Source: Lama glama (Eukaryota). From it: a DNA stretch of 64,000 bases. The DNA lies in NCBI GenBank assembly GCA_028534125.1, contig CM052817.1, positions 43,526,001 to 43,590,000 on the forward strand. The letters are read 5' to 3'. Below, piece by piece: positions 37,063 to 51,445 of this stretch. Under the pieces are notes generated by a model. It was not told the origin of the DNA. It worked only from the letters and a program-made list of their open reading frames with translations, and ran no database searches. The number at the start of each line of letters is the position of its first letter. Positions within the stretch are counted from its first letter, which is position 1. The position numbers and the translations under genes were made by a program.

Positions 37063-39228
37063 GAATCAACTTATATGATCTTTTAAAGCTACTTTCAAAA
37101 TATAAGGATGAAGAACAAAAAAAATATGGTGCCCTTTTCCCTGCCAACCTTAGGTAGACAGAATCTGGGCTTTGGAGTTGAACTGGTATACGGGGAGGGG
37201 AATTAAATAAAACCAAACACCTTACAATGAGCCATTTATCTAAACTTCCTGAGTTATCCCCAAATCTTCTTGCACCCAGTAAGATTTTTAAAAATTAACT
37301 GTGTTCTCTACTTGTCCCTCAAAGCAATGAAAGGACCAATATTCCACTGGGCCCCATGGTGTCATCCCTGGAGGTTCATTTTCCTGACAAGTCTGGTTTT
37401 CAGGAAAGATAATCCATATAAAAGGGTTTTTTGACCCAGCTCCAGTTCGGGCACAGAAATAATGGTTCTTGTTTGTCAAGGAACCATAAAGAAACGAATC
37501 AATAACTTTCATAGGGTTATTTTAGAGTTCAATTCTTTCCCCAAGTGCCCTTCCTCAGACAGCTTATATAAACAATACCTTTTTCATTTGGTCTCATTTT
37601 AAAGTTCATGTGAAGCTCCTTATCCAGCCTCAAATAAAACAGAGCTGAGGACACTTACTGTTTAGAAAAGATACGAGTCCGTGTATTTACATTAAATTCT
37701 CCCCTTTCAGGAGGGATAAATCCAAGCCAACACCAACTGAAAGAGAAAATCGGTGATCCACTTCCTGTTTGAGATCTATTTCAAAGGCTTACTCCACATA
37801 ATACCCCCTGATGAAGTTTCTTGCTTCTCACACCAAAGGCCTAAGTAGTTTCCCTTTTCAGCATCCGGGGTGATTAGCTTGTACCTGATCTCTTCCTGCT
37901 GTTGTCTTAAAATGATAAACCTGAAGACATCAGCCATAAGAGGACCAGCTTAGCTACAGAAACAACAGCATGAATCACAGATGAAAAGATAGCTGTTATA
38001 TATAACTGAAAATGTCTTTGTTCAGTTGGCTGACAAGAGACCCTGAACAGCATGGCAAGTTAACATCATGTTCTTGTACATATGTGCTCTTAGAATAGAG
38101 TAGTAACACCAGTGGAGGCAGGGAAAGGAAAGGAAAGGGAACAAGCTTCTGCCAAGTGCCAGTACTTCTCCAGGACTTCCACACGCTCACCATCTCAGGG
38201 TCCCTCCCAGCATCCTGTGGACAACGCATCACTACACTAATTTTATCAATGAGAGAATAGGGGTGAAAAAGCTAAGTGATTTGTCCAGAGTACATCTAGT
38301 AATGGGTAGATCTGGGTTTCAAACCCATCCTTTTTCTTCTATGCTATATTGTTATCATATAACATCAATAACAATGGATGTTTTGTTATAAATATGCCTT
38401 ATTTTATATATGTAGTGTGTGCGTGTGTATATATTTATATACACATATATATACACACACATACACATATACATGTATAGACAGACAGACAGATACTATA
38501 GAGCTGTCCTACCATTTCAAGTCACTCTTACTTCCACGTTCTCACTTTAATAGATCAACAAGGTTAGGCAAGCTAGGGCAGTGCTGCCAACTTTACAGAG
38601 GAAAGGACTGTGAGATTAATTGACTTACCTGCCTAACAGGCACCCCATGCCTCTAACAGCACACTCCCACCTCTCTTAATCTAACTTCTGCACATCTTCT
38701 CAGTCTCAAATGAAATAGCATTTCTCCAGGGAGGTCTTCTCTGACTCCTTGACTAAGTCAATATTTTCCTGTCTCACGTTCCCAAAGCTCCCCCTGCTTT
38801 TGCAAAGCCAGTCTTATTCCTCAAAATTCCATCTCGCATAGAAAAGAAAAAGGAGAAAGAGAGTATCTTTTGGGTTCCAGATTCTTTGGCACATTCACAT
38901 CTTTCATATTTCTTCCTAAAATATTTTGAGATACATATTACCATCATTCTTATTTTATAGATAAGGAAACCAAGGTTCCTAGAGGTTAGGAAATATTCCC
39001 AAAGCTTCTAAGTGACTGTACCTGTATTTGAACCAATGTCCATTTGATTCTGAAGCTTATGTTTTTCCCATTGTACTCACCTCTATACCCACAGCCTTGG
39101 TCTATGACCACAAGGTTATATACCACACTAACTCAAGTAGCAATGCCATTGTGGTAGAGTGGATAAACTTGGGTTCAAATACCCATTCAATTACTCCCTA
39201 GCTTTGGGAAGTTAGACAAATCTCTTAG

Positions 39229-39372
39229 TTTTTTATTTTTTACATTATTATTATTATTACTATTACTATTACTATTATTATTATATTATTAATGGCGGTA
39301 CTAGGGATTGAACCCAGGACCTCGTGCATGCTAAGCATGTGTCCTAGCACTGAGCTATATCCAGCTCTTCTC
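39229..39372 (-). mobile_element. Vic-1-like camelid tRNA-derived SINE inserted in a MIR
   Basis: Minus strand reads tatagctcagtgctaggacacatgcttagcatgcacgaggtcctgggttcaatccctagtacc (A and B boxes), then a (TAA/TAG)n tail. TSD ctcttag on both sides. The MIR (~39150-39520) resumes after it. Confidence 0.88.
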
Positions 39373-40839
39373 CTCTTAGCTCTCTGGGTCTCCATTTCTT
39401 AATATGTAAACTAAGGATAAGATAGGACCCAACAGGGTGACAATGAAGATGAAACAAACTAATGTACTTACTTAGCACAGTGACTGGTGCAGAGAAAACA
39501 CTTAATAAATGTTACCTATGAGTTTAGTCCCTTGTCACAATCTTAACTGGTTGTCATGGTATTTTCTGTTACAGAGGGAACAGTTGTAGCATTTAGAGCT
39601 TTAGAAAATCTCCCAGCTTCCAAAATAAGGGGAAATTAACTTTCCCACAGCTCAAATGTTTACAAAATGTTCCACTATACAGTGCTGTGGAAACTATACT
39701 TCTAGAGTAGTATACAAAAAAAATAATAAACTCTTCAAAATATAGAATACAATACCCAGTGAATGTGCTTCACGTTCCAAATTCTGAAGCAATGGAAACA
39801 CAGGCTTAGCTCTTCTATTTTTACACCCAGCTTTCCATTTGTTCTAACACAATCGTGTTATAGCGAAAGCCCAACCTAAGAGAACTCCGGTGACAAAATA
39901 AACCTTATAAATTCCTAGAGATGTTAACCACATTAGAAGTTCTATAACGAATAAAAGTCTGCCTCATATCTCCATTTTAAGTAATCCAGGAACTAGGGAG
40001 ACTCTAGTAGAGCCTGTAATTGCTTTATTTCCCTCCAGCAATTCAGCTCTTAAAGATTTCATTTCCTATTCCTAAGGCAAATGGAGAAAAAAATGAAACA
40101 TTCAGAATGTTTACACATGAAATTAAATTATAGCTATACCCTTATCTCTCATATTAAAATTATTTATTTTCTTGTCTTCCTCTGCCACTACATCATTATC
40201 GTTCCTTCTGTCATCAGTTGTTTAGTCATCTGCCTCCCTCCCCAAGAGTAAGGACAATTTCTTTATATATAGGTAGCTGTATGTTCCCATAGTGACTGAT
40301 ACATAACAGGCACTTACGATGTTGCTGACTGTGTTAATGAATGGATGGATGGGTGGATAGATAGATGTTACCAAATTTAAATAATTGCTGGCAATTTTGT
40401 GATATCATTGCCGAAAGTCAAACACACAGACAACAGTACTTCCTTCTCCATGCTGCCCTTGCGGCTGCAGGAGCCATTTTCAATATGGGCCGTTTGAGAT
40501 CCTGCCTTCTAGACTTATGTTTCAGTCAAGAGCTTTGCTCTAAAAGGGCCTCTCTATTTCTGACGGAAAGCTAGGCTCATCTGCCTGATGCTACTCTGGT
40601 CTGGCACGCCAAAGCTGTATCATAGCACTTGAAGCTGTGCGGTATGTCCTTGGTCTCTAACTTTTTCCTCTAGCCAGATCTCTTGGCAGCTGGCCTAGTC
40701 AAACTGGCCACCCAGTAAATGGCTGAGAGTTGGACCGACACTCACGTAAAGCCACATCCTACTATGTCTGTGGTCAGGCTCAGCCAAGGCCCTGAGTCAA
40801 AGACTTTATCACTGATGACCCAGCCTCACTGAGTAAAGT

Positions 40840-41218
40840 AGTAGGCTCCTCAACAGGGACTATGCCACCCCAAGAGGCATTTACAAATCTGCTCTGAAGA
40901 ATGAAGGTGGGGTGCTACTGGCGTTTAACAGACAATAGACAGGGATCATAAATTCTAGATGTTGTGTGGCGAGCATTCCTGCACCAAGAAAAAACTGTTC
41001 CACTGCCACATGACTTTCAAATGTCCCACAAAACATTCATGTCAGTGAAAAATCTGTTTATAGTTATCTGATTACATATCCTAACTCAATTTTACACACA
41101 AACACAAAGAATTTATTGAGTGGTAATAATATACACTGAGTTGTCCAGGAACTTAACCACCATGCAACTCAAAGAAAGATTGTATGTTATTTTGTTTAGA
41201 ACTTTATGAAGATAACAG
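40840..41218. mobile_element. MER20B-like hAT element
   Basis: MER20-like start (gtgctactggcgttta) followed by gactttcaaatgtccc...cattcatgtcagtgaaaaatctgtttatagttatctg. Confidence 0.6.
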
Positions 41219-41269
41219 AAAACAACAGAACATATATCGGAGATTTTTTTAAACTGAATACTTCGTCGG

Positions 41270-42770
41270 ATTACCAGTATTTATAAACGCAATTAATTCA
41301 AAACTCCACAACAGAAAACAAACAGATGAGATTAATTTTGCTTAACTGAAGACTGGATATAACTAAAAAAAATTAGTAAACAGGAGGGTAAGTAATAGCA
41401 AATACTCAGACTGAAGCACTGAGAACAGAAAGTATGGAAAAGAGCATGGGAGACACATGGAACATGTTACAAGGTTTAAAATATATATGAGCAATCGAGT
41501 CCTGAGAAAGAAATGATAGAAAATAGGCAGAAACAAATTTTTCAAGAAATAATAGCCAAGAATTTTCCAAAATAGAAGAAAATAATCAAACCATAGATTC
41601 CAGAAGTGCTATGAATATCAAGCAGAATAAATACAAGGAAAATAATATCTAAGCACATCAGAGTAAAACTACAAAAAACTAACAGCAAAGAGAAAAATCC
41701 TTTTTCTCCCCCAACTGGTCCCTACTTTCCCCACCCCCAGCCCCTGGCAACTACTTTTCTACTCTCCGTTTCTATGAGTATGGCTTTTTTTTTTTTTTGG
41801 ATTCCACATATAAGTGATAACATGCAGTATTTGTCTTTCTGTCTGGGTTATTTCACTTAGCATAATGCTCTCCAGGTTCATCTATGCTGTTGCAAATGAC
41901 AGGGTTTCCTTCTTTTTTTTGAGTGAACAATATCCCACTGTACATTTATATACCACATTATCTTTATTCATTCATCCATTAACAGACACTTAGATTATTT
42001 CCACAGAGAAAAATCTTAAAAGCCATAGAGGAATTATCTTCAAAGATAAATGCTAAAACTGACAGCTAACTTGTCCATCAAAAAATAGTGAAAGTCAGGA
42101 GGCAAATCTCTAAAGTGAGAAACAAAAACCATCACCATCTTAGAATCCTATACCAAGCAAAAATATCCTTCAACAATGAAAGCGAAATACAGATGTTTTA
42201 AATTAATAAAACCTGGGAGAATTTGTAATCTCCAAACTCAAACTTAAAAAAAAAAAACTAAAGTTAGTTCTTCGGGCAAAAGGAATATGATTCTAGATGG
42301 AAACACAGTAATGTAGGAAGGAGTTTAGAGTAAACAAAAGGGCAAACATGTGGATAAATCTAAATAAATCACTATACAAAGCAAAAATGATAACATTTTG
42401 GGCGATTTAAAGTATACGTAAGCATAAAATGCATAATAACGATAACACTTAAGCTAGTAGAGGGCTAAATTAAGCTGAAGTGTTAAGGTTCTAGTAGTAG
42501 GTGGGAAGAAATATTACATATTTTAATCACTAGGATAACCACTAAAGGAATAGTAAAAGCATGTAAAACTAACAAGCTAATGGGAAATTAAATATAAAAA
42601 CATTAGATTGATCCAAAAGATGAAAAGAGAAAAAAAAAAAAAAAAGAAAACGGAAGTGACAAAAAAAACCAAACTGTAAAATAGCATATATAAACCTTAA
42701 AATATCAGTGATTACACTGAATGAAAATGTGAAAAGATAAAGATTGTCAGACTGGATGAAAACGGGGCAG
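41270..42770 (+). mobile_element. Old L1M (ORF1 to start of ORF2 region), interrupted by an inverted L1 fragment at 41700-42004
   Basis: A-rich decayed L1 ORF1-type sequence (gaattttccaaaa..., agaatcctataccaagcaaaaatatccttc, agattgtcagactggat). The insert is flanked by the TSD agagaaaaatc. Confidence 0.75.
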
Positions 42771-45700
42771 TAGATTCAACACTGAGTGCTTTTATTAGAA
42801 AGTATCAACTGGATTTCCCAAAGATAAAATCTCAACATGTACATATGTATACCTGTATGTATTTATACACCTTCCTTATTCAAAATAGGATTTCACAGAC
42901 TAGCTCATTTAAGAATGTGATTCACCAAGAATTTATTGAGGATTTATAATTGTGCTAAACAATACGGGAGATGCAGAAAAATATAACCAGACACAGTACA
43001 GAAGAATACAGCCCAGCCCCGTATATTTGCCCTTGAACTTGAAATACAGTTCAGGAAGCAAGACTTTTGAACACTCAGGGAACAAAGCAAAAGAAAATAA
43101 CTGGAGAGAGAACCTAGTGTAGAAAAAGAGCACAGGACTGAGCGTCAGAACCTGCTTTTATCAAGCTGGGTCCTCTAGACAAGTCACTTGCATGGGTCTC
43201 CAAGTCCTCCTTCCTAAAATTCAGAGGTTAGATTACATCATCTATAATCTAGAGATGAATTTTTGAGTCAAACAACCTCAGGCTGGACTCTAGATCCCTG
43301 CCTTAATAATTATAGAACCTTATTAAGCAAGATAATTATCCTGACCCAGCCTCTGTTCCCTTTTACGTGTGAAAAAGAAAGAAAAGAAAGATAACAAAAC
43401 CTACTCTGGAGGAATACCAGGAGATTAAATCGGGTAACACAGTTCTTGGCACAGTGCCTAGCACTTACAGGGTAGAGCAGAGGCTCCCAGTTCTCCCGCC
43501 TCAGACCTTTCCTGTAGCCAGACGCATCGCTACATGACCTCTGTTATTCTGAGGGATCACTACACCCCTTCGCAGAATTTATAAATTTAGCAGTTCATCA
43601 GCTGCTAGATTTATCTCATGTGTGCATCTCATGACCACGTCCATCGATATACCAACCACTCCTCATTATGAGGTTAGAAAGCTAACTTTTCAAAATATGA
43701 TACCATAGAGACAATTGCTGTAAAATAAAAAAATAAAACATACAACTTCCCAAACCCCATCGTCGAATGCCCAGTACACAAGTTATGTCCATACAACACT
43801 CACAACTACTATTTACTGAGCAACTATTACCCACATATATTACATACGTTTGTGTGTATATGTAGGTGCATGTATGTGGATATGTATATACGTGTTACAT
43901 ATATAGTTACATATGTTGTGTTTTTATATATGACATTTAATTCCCCCCAAATCTTGTAAAGTAGTTATTATTGCTCTTTCACACACACACACACACACAA
44001 AAACCTTAAAGAAACTATTTGGTCAGTCATCAAAAACTGGTGAAGCTAGGATTTGAAGCCAAGACTTCTTAGTTTCAAGAACCATGCTCTCTCAACTGAA
44101 AATGATAGTTCTGAAGAGAACAGCTCTCAACAGGTTTGAGCATAACTGATCAACAGACCTAACTGACTTTGGCTGCTGTTGCCACCTACACCCCATCTCA
44201 CTGCGGCTGGCGAGGATTTCGGGGAGGGCGGGAATCAGGGACCAACAGGGGCACCATCTTACTCTCTACATCTTACTAAAGATCTTATGCTTCTAAGGGA
44301 AACAAAAACAGTCTCTCCTCTGGAAAGGTTTGAGGAAGCTTTCTCCAAAGCCACAAGGCATAATAAAATAATAATGATACAGTAACAAAACTATACCAGA
44401 CAATACTGCTCAGATTAACTTTCTTAATCTCGGCAAATGAGAAGAGTTGAATAATTACTCAGCTGCCGCTGTTTCCATTTCCTGGGTTCATAGAGGAAAT
44501 GTTTTTTCTAAATTTCTAAGTCAGAGACAGTAAACCAGTTTTATCATTTACACCAGCTCTGGAAACAGCGATGTAAAATGTTGAGGACTCCGAAGCTTCA
44601 TCCAGGTAGGTTAAACGAGAAAGGTCACTCGTGTCTGCCATTGGCTCAGGTTAAATTAGAGGGAAGAGTGGAAGTTACCTGGGCCATATGTTCCCAGATG
44701 CTAGACCCAACATAAGTCTACCCTAAAACGTTGCTCACCACTGTTACTTGACTCATGGATTCAAGTGGAAAAGAAAAGAAAAGGGGAAAAAGAAAAAAAC
44801 TGGCTGTGCCAAAACCACCCAGGTGATCAGCTTTAATGATGAACTAATCAACTACACTTTACCTTCCTTATTTTTCCATTCAGCTATTCAACTCTTTCCA
44901 AACATGTAAACTTTCCTCATTCATAACTAGTTTACAAAATGGGCTTCTGTTCTACGGCAGCTACTGTTCCCAAGAACACCCCAGGCACAGGCCACAACTG
45001 GCATATATGAGGTTGGCATCTTCACCTCTGGGAACGTGGATCCCCCCTCACTCCAAACCAAGAGGAAATTAACTGCCAGTTCTAATGGGAATGACATATT
45101 GACTAAGTACTTAGACGGAGCAATCCACTCCTGCAGTCAGCAAAATACACAGTGGTTGTATTCTCTAACAACACAAGAATGCTTGATTAGATTTGCTTCA
45201 AGCCTCCTGTTTGCCAGGAAGCCACTGACAAGAAGCAGGTATCGGGTGTCTCCGAGGAAGACCCTCCCAGGGTTCCCTGTTAAATCCAGAGGCAGAACCC
45301 AGAGCAATTACACTTCTGGTACAATTACCAGCATCATGCACTCCCTGCCAACTGAGGAGACTTGGCAGCTGAATAATACAGCTTTCATTTTACATTTTCA
45401 CTCCAATTAGCTGACAGTACTAGTCAATTGGCTGAACAAAACAAAATGCAAGGGATGTTGAAAGGTTCGTATGTGAGTTACAGAGCTGTGCCTTCGAGGA
45501 CAATGATGAGATGAAAGGGACTGAAAAGAGAATTAGGGGATTCACCACAACAAAAGGGCAGGCGCAGACAATCCACTGGTGGGATGTATGGTTTAAAAGG
45601 TATACGGGAGATATTTAAGCTTAACACCCATCCCAACTACTGTTTGTTTGAGACTAACGGCACAAGAATTAAATTTCTGCCGCTGCAAGGTCTGGCTGGG

Positions 45701-47230
45701 ACTTGTTAACATCACACAGCATAGACATGCAAAAGCACACATTCTCCTGAAAACTTCTAACCTCTATTCTGTAACACAGTCAACATTTACAGATCAGTCA
45801 CTGAGCTGAGCAGAAAGTTCCACTAATACTTAGGAGCCCTTAAAAAAGTAGACAATGAGTTTCCGGGGAGCTCAGAGTCTTGTCAATGAGATGAAATGCA
45901 CACAGGAAACTAGAAGATCATACAGTGGATAGTGGGGAGGGGTATCATCATGGTTGCAGTAACACTGAGTAACTAAACTATTAGAATCTGCGAACCAGTG
46001 CCAGAATCCTAGGTGAATCCCACAGAGGGGTTCTAATAGATTCCACTGGAGTCCTCACAGGTTCTGGCTGGATAACTCCAAGAACGCTTCCAAAACTGAG
46101 CAGAATCAAGCAGTGCCTCAGGCTCAGTAATTGTCCAGATTGGACCTGGGCAAGGCTCCACGGTGCTGCTGCCCTGTTCCTTGTATTCTTCCGGAGCTTA
46201 CAGGAGGCTAATGACAGCCCTGCAGACAGCCTGGGAGACTTCTCTCAGGCTGCCCTGTGGACCAGCCTGAGAGTTCCAGCATCTTTGGGGGAATGATTCC
46301 ATTAAAGACAGAGCATACATTATAACTTGTTTCCTGGGCTTTATCCAATATATACAATTTCAGCCTTTATCCATTTTTGGTACCATGATTGACATTTAAT
46401 ATAGAGTGGAAGGGTTCTGTGATCTTGTTCCAAAGCTGAATGTCAAACGTTGGAAAGAAGAAGTGTTCATTTTGCAAATCAGGGGCTGCTACCTCCTCGG
46501 TGGCTCAGGGCCTCATGACTGTGGAACCTCATGTCCATGAACCATTCTTTTCAACACACACTGGGGTGGTTCAACCTGGACCCCATTCCAAAGGTGGGAA
46601 GATGGTCAGCTATGCAATTCAAATAATGAAATGCAGCTTGGCAAGGATGGAATCTCTGTGGAAACAGTATTTGGGGGAATAAGAGTCCTTTCCAAGGCAC
46701 ATCAGAACATTTAGCGAGAGCTAACAGACAGCTCTTACAAATGCAGTAAATAGCATTCTGTTGAGCTGCTCTGCATGAGACAGGAAGAACACAGGCAAAT
46801 TTTTTAAAGTTGCTAACACATATGCAAAAATACTCTCAGGTAATTTTACTTAAACTATGAATTAATCAGCCCAGAAGTTGTTTACTAGCACATTAACTTT
46901 GTGTGCACACAAGAATTTGTTACAGAGAAGGGGGAAAAGTCTCAAAATGCTGCCAAAGACCACTAAAGAAATTTGATATTTTTAATCCTTCTAATAAATT
47001 CTATATTCCCACTTTTTAAGTTAAAAAAGATAGCGGTCACACATAACTTTTTTTATAATGAACATGCTATTTTCTTTTAAAAGAAAAAAAATTTTACTAG
47101 AGAAACCAAGTCCTTCTAAAACTGAGTTCCCTTGCTGAATTTATGATGACCATTTCTATCCAAAACTTCGTTCTCTTTCTTGTCCCTCTCCTGTGCCCCT
47201 CGGGATTGAGGAGTATCAAAGAAAAGGGGG

Positions 47231-47852
47231 TATTAAAACTGAGCAGGACCCTCCTGGGTACAAAAGCCCCTCCTTACCCCCCATTTCTTGTTTGTAGAAG
47301 AAGACTTTGGTCTCCTAGTCCTTTCCTGCATTTCAAAGAGCAGACTCGAACAGTTACTAAGTAGGAAAGTGAGGGAATGCAGAAACAAAAGAAAAGCAAT
47401 CAAGAAACAATAGTACAGCAATAAAACAGAGTCCTAATTCCTTCTCAAGGGATATGCATAACAATCTGACACACATCTTTGAGTTGTTCTGTAGGATCTA
47501 GGACTGGCCCCCAGCATCCCAGGTGGAGGGTGGTGACTACATGCTGACGACCAGCACAAAGACACCAGACTGGCTGGAACCAGAAGGCTGATGATTAGGC
47601 TTCCCCAAATGTCACCCTGTTACCTCACCACCAGCCAGTCAGAAGAAAGCCATGCCCCTTGCAACCTTCACCCTAAATGTTGCCTTTAAAAACTCTTCCT
47701 TGAAAGCCATCAGTCAGTTCAGGTCTTTTGAGCATGAGCTGTCCATTGTCCTTGCTTAGCACCCTGCTATCCCTTCCTCCACCACAATCCGGTGTCAGTT
47801 GATTGGCTTTGCTGCAAAGTGGGTGAACAGACCCAAGTTCGGGTCGGTAACA
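47231..47852 (+). mobile_element. ERV1-class solo LTR (cetartiodactyl-type)
   Basis: Starts t(a)ttaaaactgagcaggaccc and ends gacccaagttcgggtcggtaaca. TATA-like ctttaaaaac near 47685. No clean TSD seen. Confidence 0.75.
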
Positions 47853-48209
47853 CTAGTATTCTTGAAATTTCTGAATAGTTTGCAAACCTGACAAGTTGAG
47901 GTGAGCTCCTATATAAAATGGCTGGGAAAAGAGGCAGCAGGCAAAACCCATGGATGCACTAATCTCATACCTTCAGATTAGATGATTTATTATCTGAACT
48001 GGCTCTGATACCTTATTGCTTTACTCTTCTTTTAATACAATTAGACTCTACCAAACATGATAAATGTGTTAAAAAATGTTCTCCATTTGGCTCTTGAAAA
48101 AAATGCCTTTTCCACAATACAGAAAAATCAACACTCCCCTTAAGAACAGAATCATAGCTATATACATAGTAAATAACATATTTTTTGAGAACGGCCTAGA
48201 CTTGCCTCA

Positions 48210-48456
48210 ATTTAGACTTTATGGGCTATTTGGTATGTGTCCTGACTCCTCAATTCAACTTTGTCAACAGAGCAGAGAAACAGCCACAGACAATATATAA
48301 GTGAATCAGCAGGGTATGTTCCAATCAAACTTTACTTATGGTCACTGGCATATCATTTCCATGAAATATTTTTCTTCTGGTATTTCAACAATTTAAAAAT
48401 GTAAAACCTAGCCATAGATTGGATTTGTCTTGCAAACTGTAGTCGACCAACACCTG
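48210..48456. mobile_element. Degenerate MER58-like hAT element
   Basis: aaacagccacagacaatat...gttccaatcaaactttacttatgg...aacaatttaaaaatgtaaaacc, similar to the 28960 copy. Confidence 0.65.
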
Positions 48457-50849
48457 GTCTATTGCATGAGAGAAAGAGATAGAAGACAGAGAGAGAGAAG
48501 AAAAGAATACATCAATGAAATAGGCTGTGTTTGTATCACTCCGGAGAGATAAGTGAGGAAAGGCATTCGGGGTTCTACAGTAAAATAGCACCTTCTGGTC
48601 AAATCTGGAGTTGAGAAAAATCTTCAAAGAGTTATTCATCTACTCCAACTTGCATCACTCCTTTCCCCCGACTCTTGGGCCTGCTGATAAAATTCTGGCC
48701 ACTGTTCCTGTCCTTGAGCTGTACTAGAAGATATGGGACAAGCAAGACTGTCATCCTCGCTGTCAGGGAGAATGATGGGCTGTCATTATCTGATTCTAGA
48801 CTGAAAAGGGAAGTATTAGTGCCTGGATACCTGCCTATCACAAAGCGAAGTAATTCATTTTCTGCAGAGAAAACAAAAGGAACTAACTTCTGTCAATGGA
48901 AAGATCCCTTCATGAAATTTATTATCTGTGGAGTGGCAGCAAAAATAAGCCCAACCAAATGTTAAGTTCCAAATGTGTAGCCGCAATGCTATTATTTATC
49001 CTGACGTCTCAAGTAAACTCTGGAGAAAGCTCAACCTCTCAACAAAGTTTCTTATTGTTCCTCAAGGATGAAGCGTATTTCATACAAATATATTTTAAAT
49101 TCAACACGTTATTTAGATGCTTAATCAATTTGAACTGGCAGGCGGCTCCTTTAAAAGCTTTTTAAAAGTACGTTTTTGTTTAGCAGTATATATTATTCAT
49201 CCTAGAAACTGGCTGATATCAACATTATCCTTGATCAATTGTTGCTAGGTCTGAAAGAAAAAGCAATTAGAAAGTGTATTATTTGTTGTTCTACTTACGC
49301 TACTTATAAGCAGATAATACATTTTTTGTTTTAAAAAGTTTTAATTTTCTGATTTTCTAAAACAACAGCTCTTTGGTGTGAAGTAAAACATACTCATGAA
49401 AATTCAAATAGAACTCATTTGCTAATAGACAAAAATGGCCTTAAATGAGGTAGAACTTCATTCATAAACAAACAAGTAATTCACTCTGATAACACGTATA
49501 AATAGGGCCACAATTCACAGATACGTACAGATAGCATTTGGTGGATAGCATGAAAAAATAAAATCATCTTCAAGATGAGAAAGAGTAAAATCAGGAAAAG
49601 AATGCAATTACCAGACAAGTACCTCCTGAATTATATCTGGAGCTGAAATCCCGTATCAGGGGAAAATGAATCCTGAAATAGACAACGTTTCCTCCTTAAG
49701 GATAGAAAGAAATGTGTCTTTTGTAATTTACAAGTTCTATTTTGTGAATCGAAAAGATATTCATTTTAATGACCACTGTCTAAGAGATTTCACACTTTAT
49801 ATTTAGAAAACCACACAGAGAGAAGGAGAGTTCAGGAAATGTTGAGGTAAGCTACCTAGTTCTCTTCAATCCCAACAGCCGACTGGCTTCCCATCTCTCC
49901 TCCCCAAGGGACAACGGTAGCATGTAGGTTGCTCTAGGCTTGCAGGGGTTCAGGAACATCATTTGTTTCAAGATCTCTAGGAAGACTGGTTTGACTGATT
50001 CTGAGACCAACCTTCTGTAATTTCAAGAGCAGGGGCAAAATGATGGTGGATCCAAAGATTCTACAGCATAGTTCTCTTAGATCTGCCCCTGGACAAGATC
50101 TGAGTGTTAAGTCAGAACCTGGGTTTCAACCAGGTATCAAAAGGCAAACGATGTGCACTTAGCAGCCAGTCCCCGCATCATCTCCTTGATGTCCCTTCTG
50201 AAACTACCCACCCTTGGTTTGGTGCCGCTATACGCAGGTAATGAACTGTGCTACATGAGGGAAGATGACAATCTACTCTTCTTCAGTTCAGAAGAGGTTC
50301 AACAAGTCATAGCGCACATTAGCATATTTCCAGATATACTCAAAACTCACCACCCTCTGTGAACAGAAAGTAGGTTTCAGGGTAGCACAGTATGCTGTAT
50401 TTTAAATACAGATCTTTCTAAAACTGCTTCCTTCTCCTTGTGTATATGCTCCAAAATAAAGTTTCTCAGGAGTCAAATGGAAGTGACCTTGATGGACAGA
50501 ATTATCATATTTCATTCGGTCAAATATTAACTTAGATACAAAACCATTTTTTGTGTTGATGTGTGTGTGTAACAGACAGACAGTGAGAGAGAGAGAGACC
50601 TTTCAGGTTCATAAGAGAGAGGGCACAGGAGCTTGCAGTAGCTGCTGTCCAAGGGCTCGTGCTAAGACTCTTACCCAGCACCAGACACAGCTACTCATGA
50701 ACACAGCAGTGACAACAGCGGCAGTAGGCTGGCTAGACCTTGAGGGACTGCTTCAGAGGTGACAAAACAGCATAGGGACAGGCACAGTAAACTCAGGAGA
50801 CGAGGAAGGCACTCTCCCATCTCCAGAGCAAATCCAGCCGTCGGCCCTT

Positions 50850-51445
50850 GGTCCCCGGGCTCCATCAGCCACCCCTGGCCCCAGCCACCCTCATCTCTCA
50901 TGGGGCTGTGTCTCTGGCACCCAGGGCAGAGTATTCTTCTTCCAGACATGCTGCTTGGCAGTTTTCCCCACAGCAACCAGAGCCAGCTTTTAAAAATGCA
51001 AGTTAGCTCGTACCATTTTCAAGGTCAGATATGTCAATGGATTCTCACTGCTGTAAACAAAAATCCAAATACTTTACCATGGCCTGCCAGGTGCTCTGGC
51101 CTCACCCCGCTCCATGCCCCATTCCACCCTGTCCTATCAGCCTGGCGTGGGCTCTCTGGAAACCCTCTCCTTTGGCCAGCGTTTCCTTACCCTGCACAGT
51201 GTCCCACGTCTCACCTCCTTGCCCGTGCCCTCCCTGACTGCCCTCACCCACAAGGGCCCCTGATACTCTCTGCCGTGGCTTCCTGTCTCCCCGCGTGACA
51301 CAGAAAGCAGCTAGAGATCATTCTGCTTATGTCTGTTTCACTCCCTCGCAGGTACAATCCTGAGAGCCAGATCATGCCTGCTGTGTCTACTGATGAACTC
51401 CCAGGACCAAGAACTGCCGATATTCAGGGAGTGAGAGAATAAATG
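50850..51445 (+). mobile_element. L2 3' fragment
   Basis: cacagcaaccagag...aaaatccaaatactttaccatggcctgccagg..., ending near gaataaatga. Confidence 0.65.

Noticed and set aside
39295..39365. tRNA-like sequence as a tRNA gene
   Set aside because: It has a simple-repeat tail, a TSD and a mismatched acceptor stem, so it is a SINE.
50759..51298. 179-aa ORF, and similar long ORFs at 57236, 60205, 62738 and 63093
   Set aside because: No recognisable domain. Several overlap L2, LTR or MLT1 repeats, and all lie within an intron.
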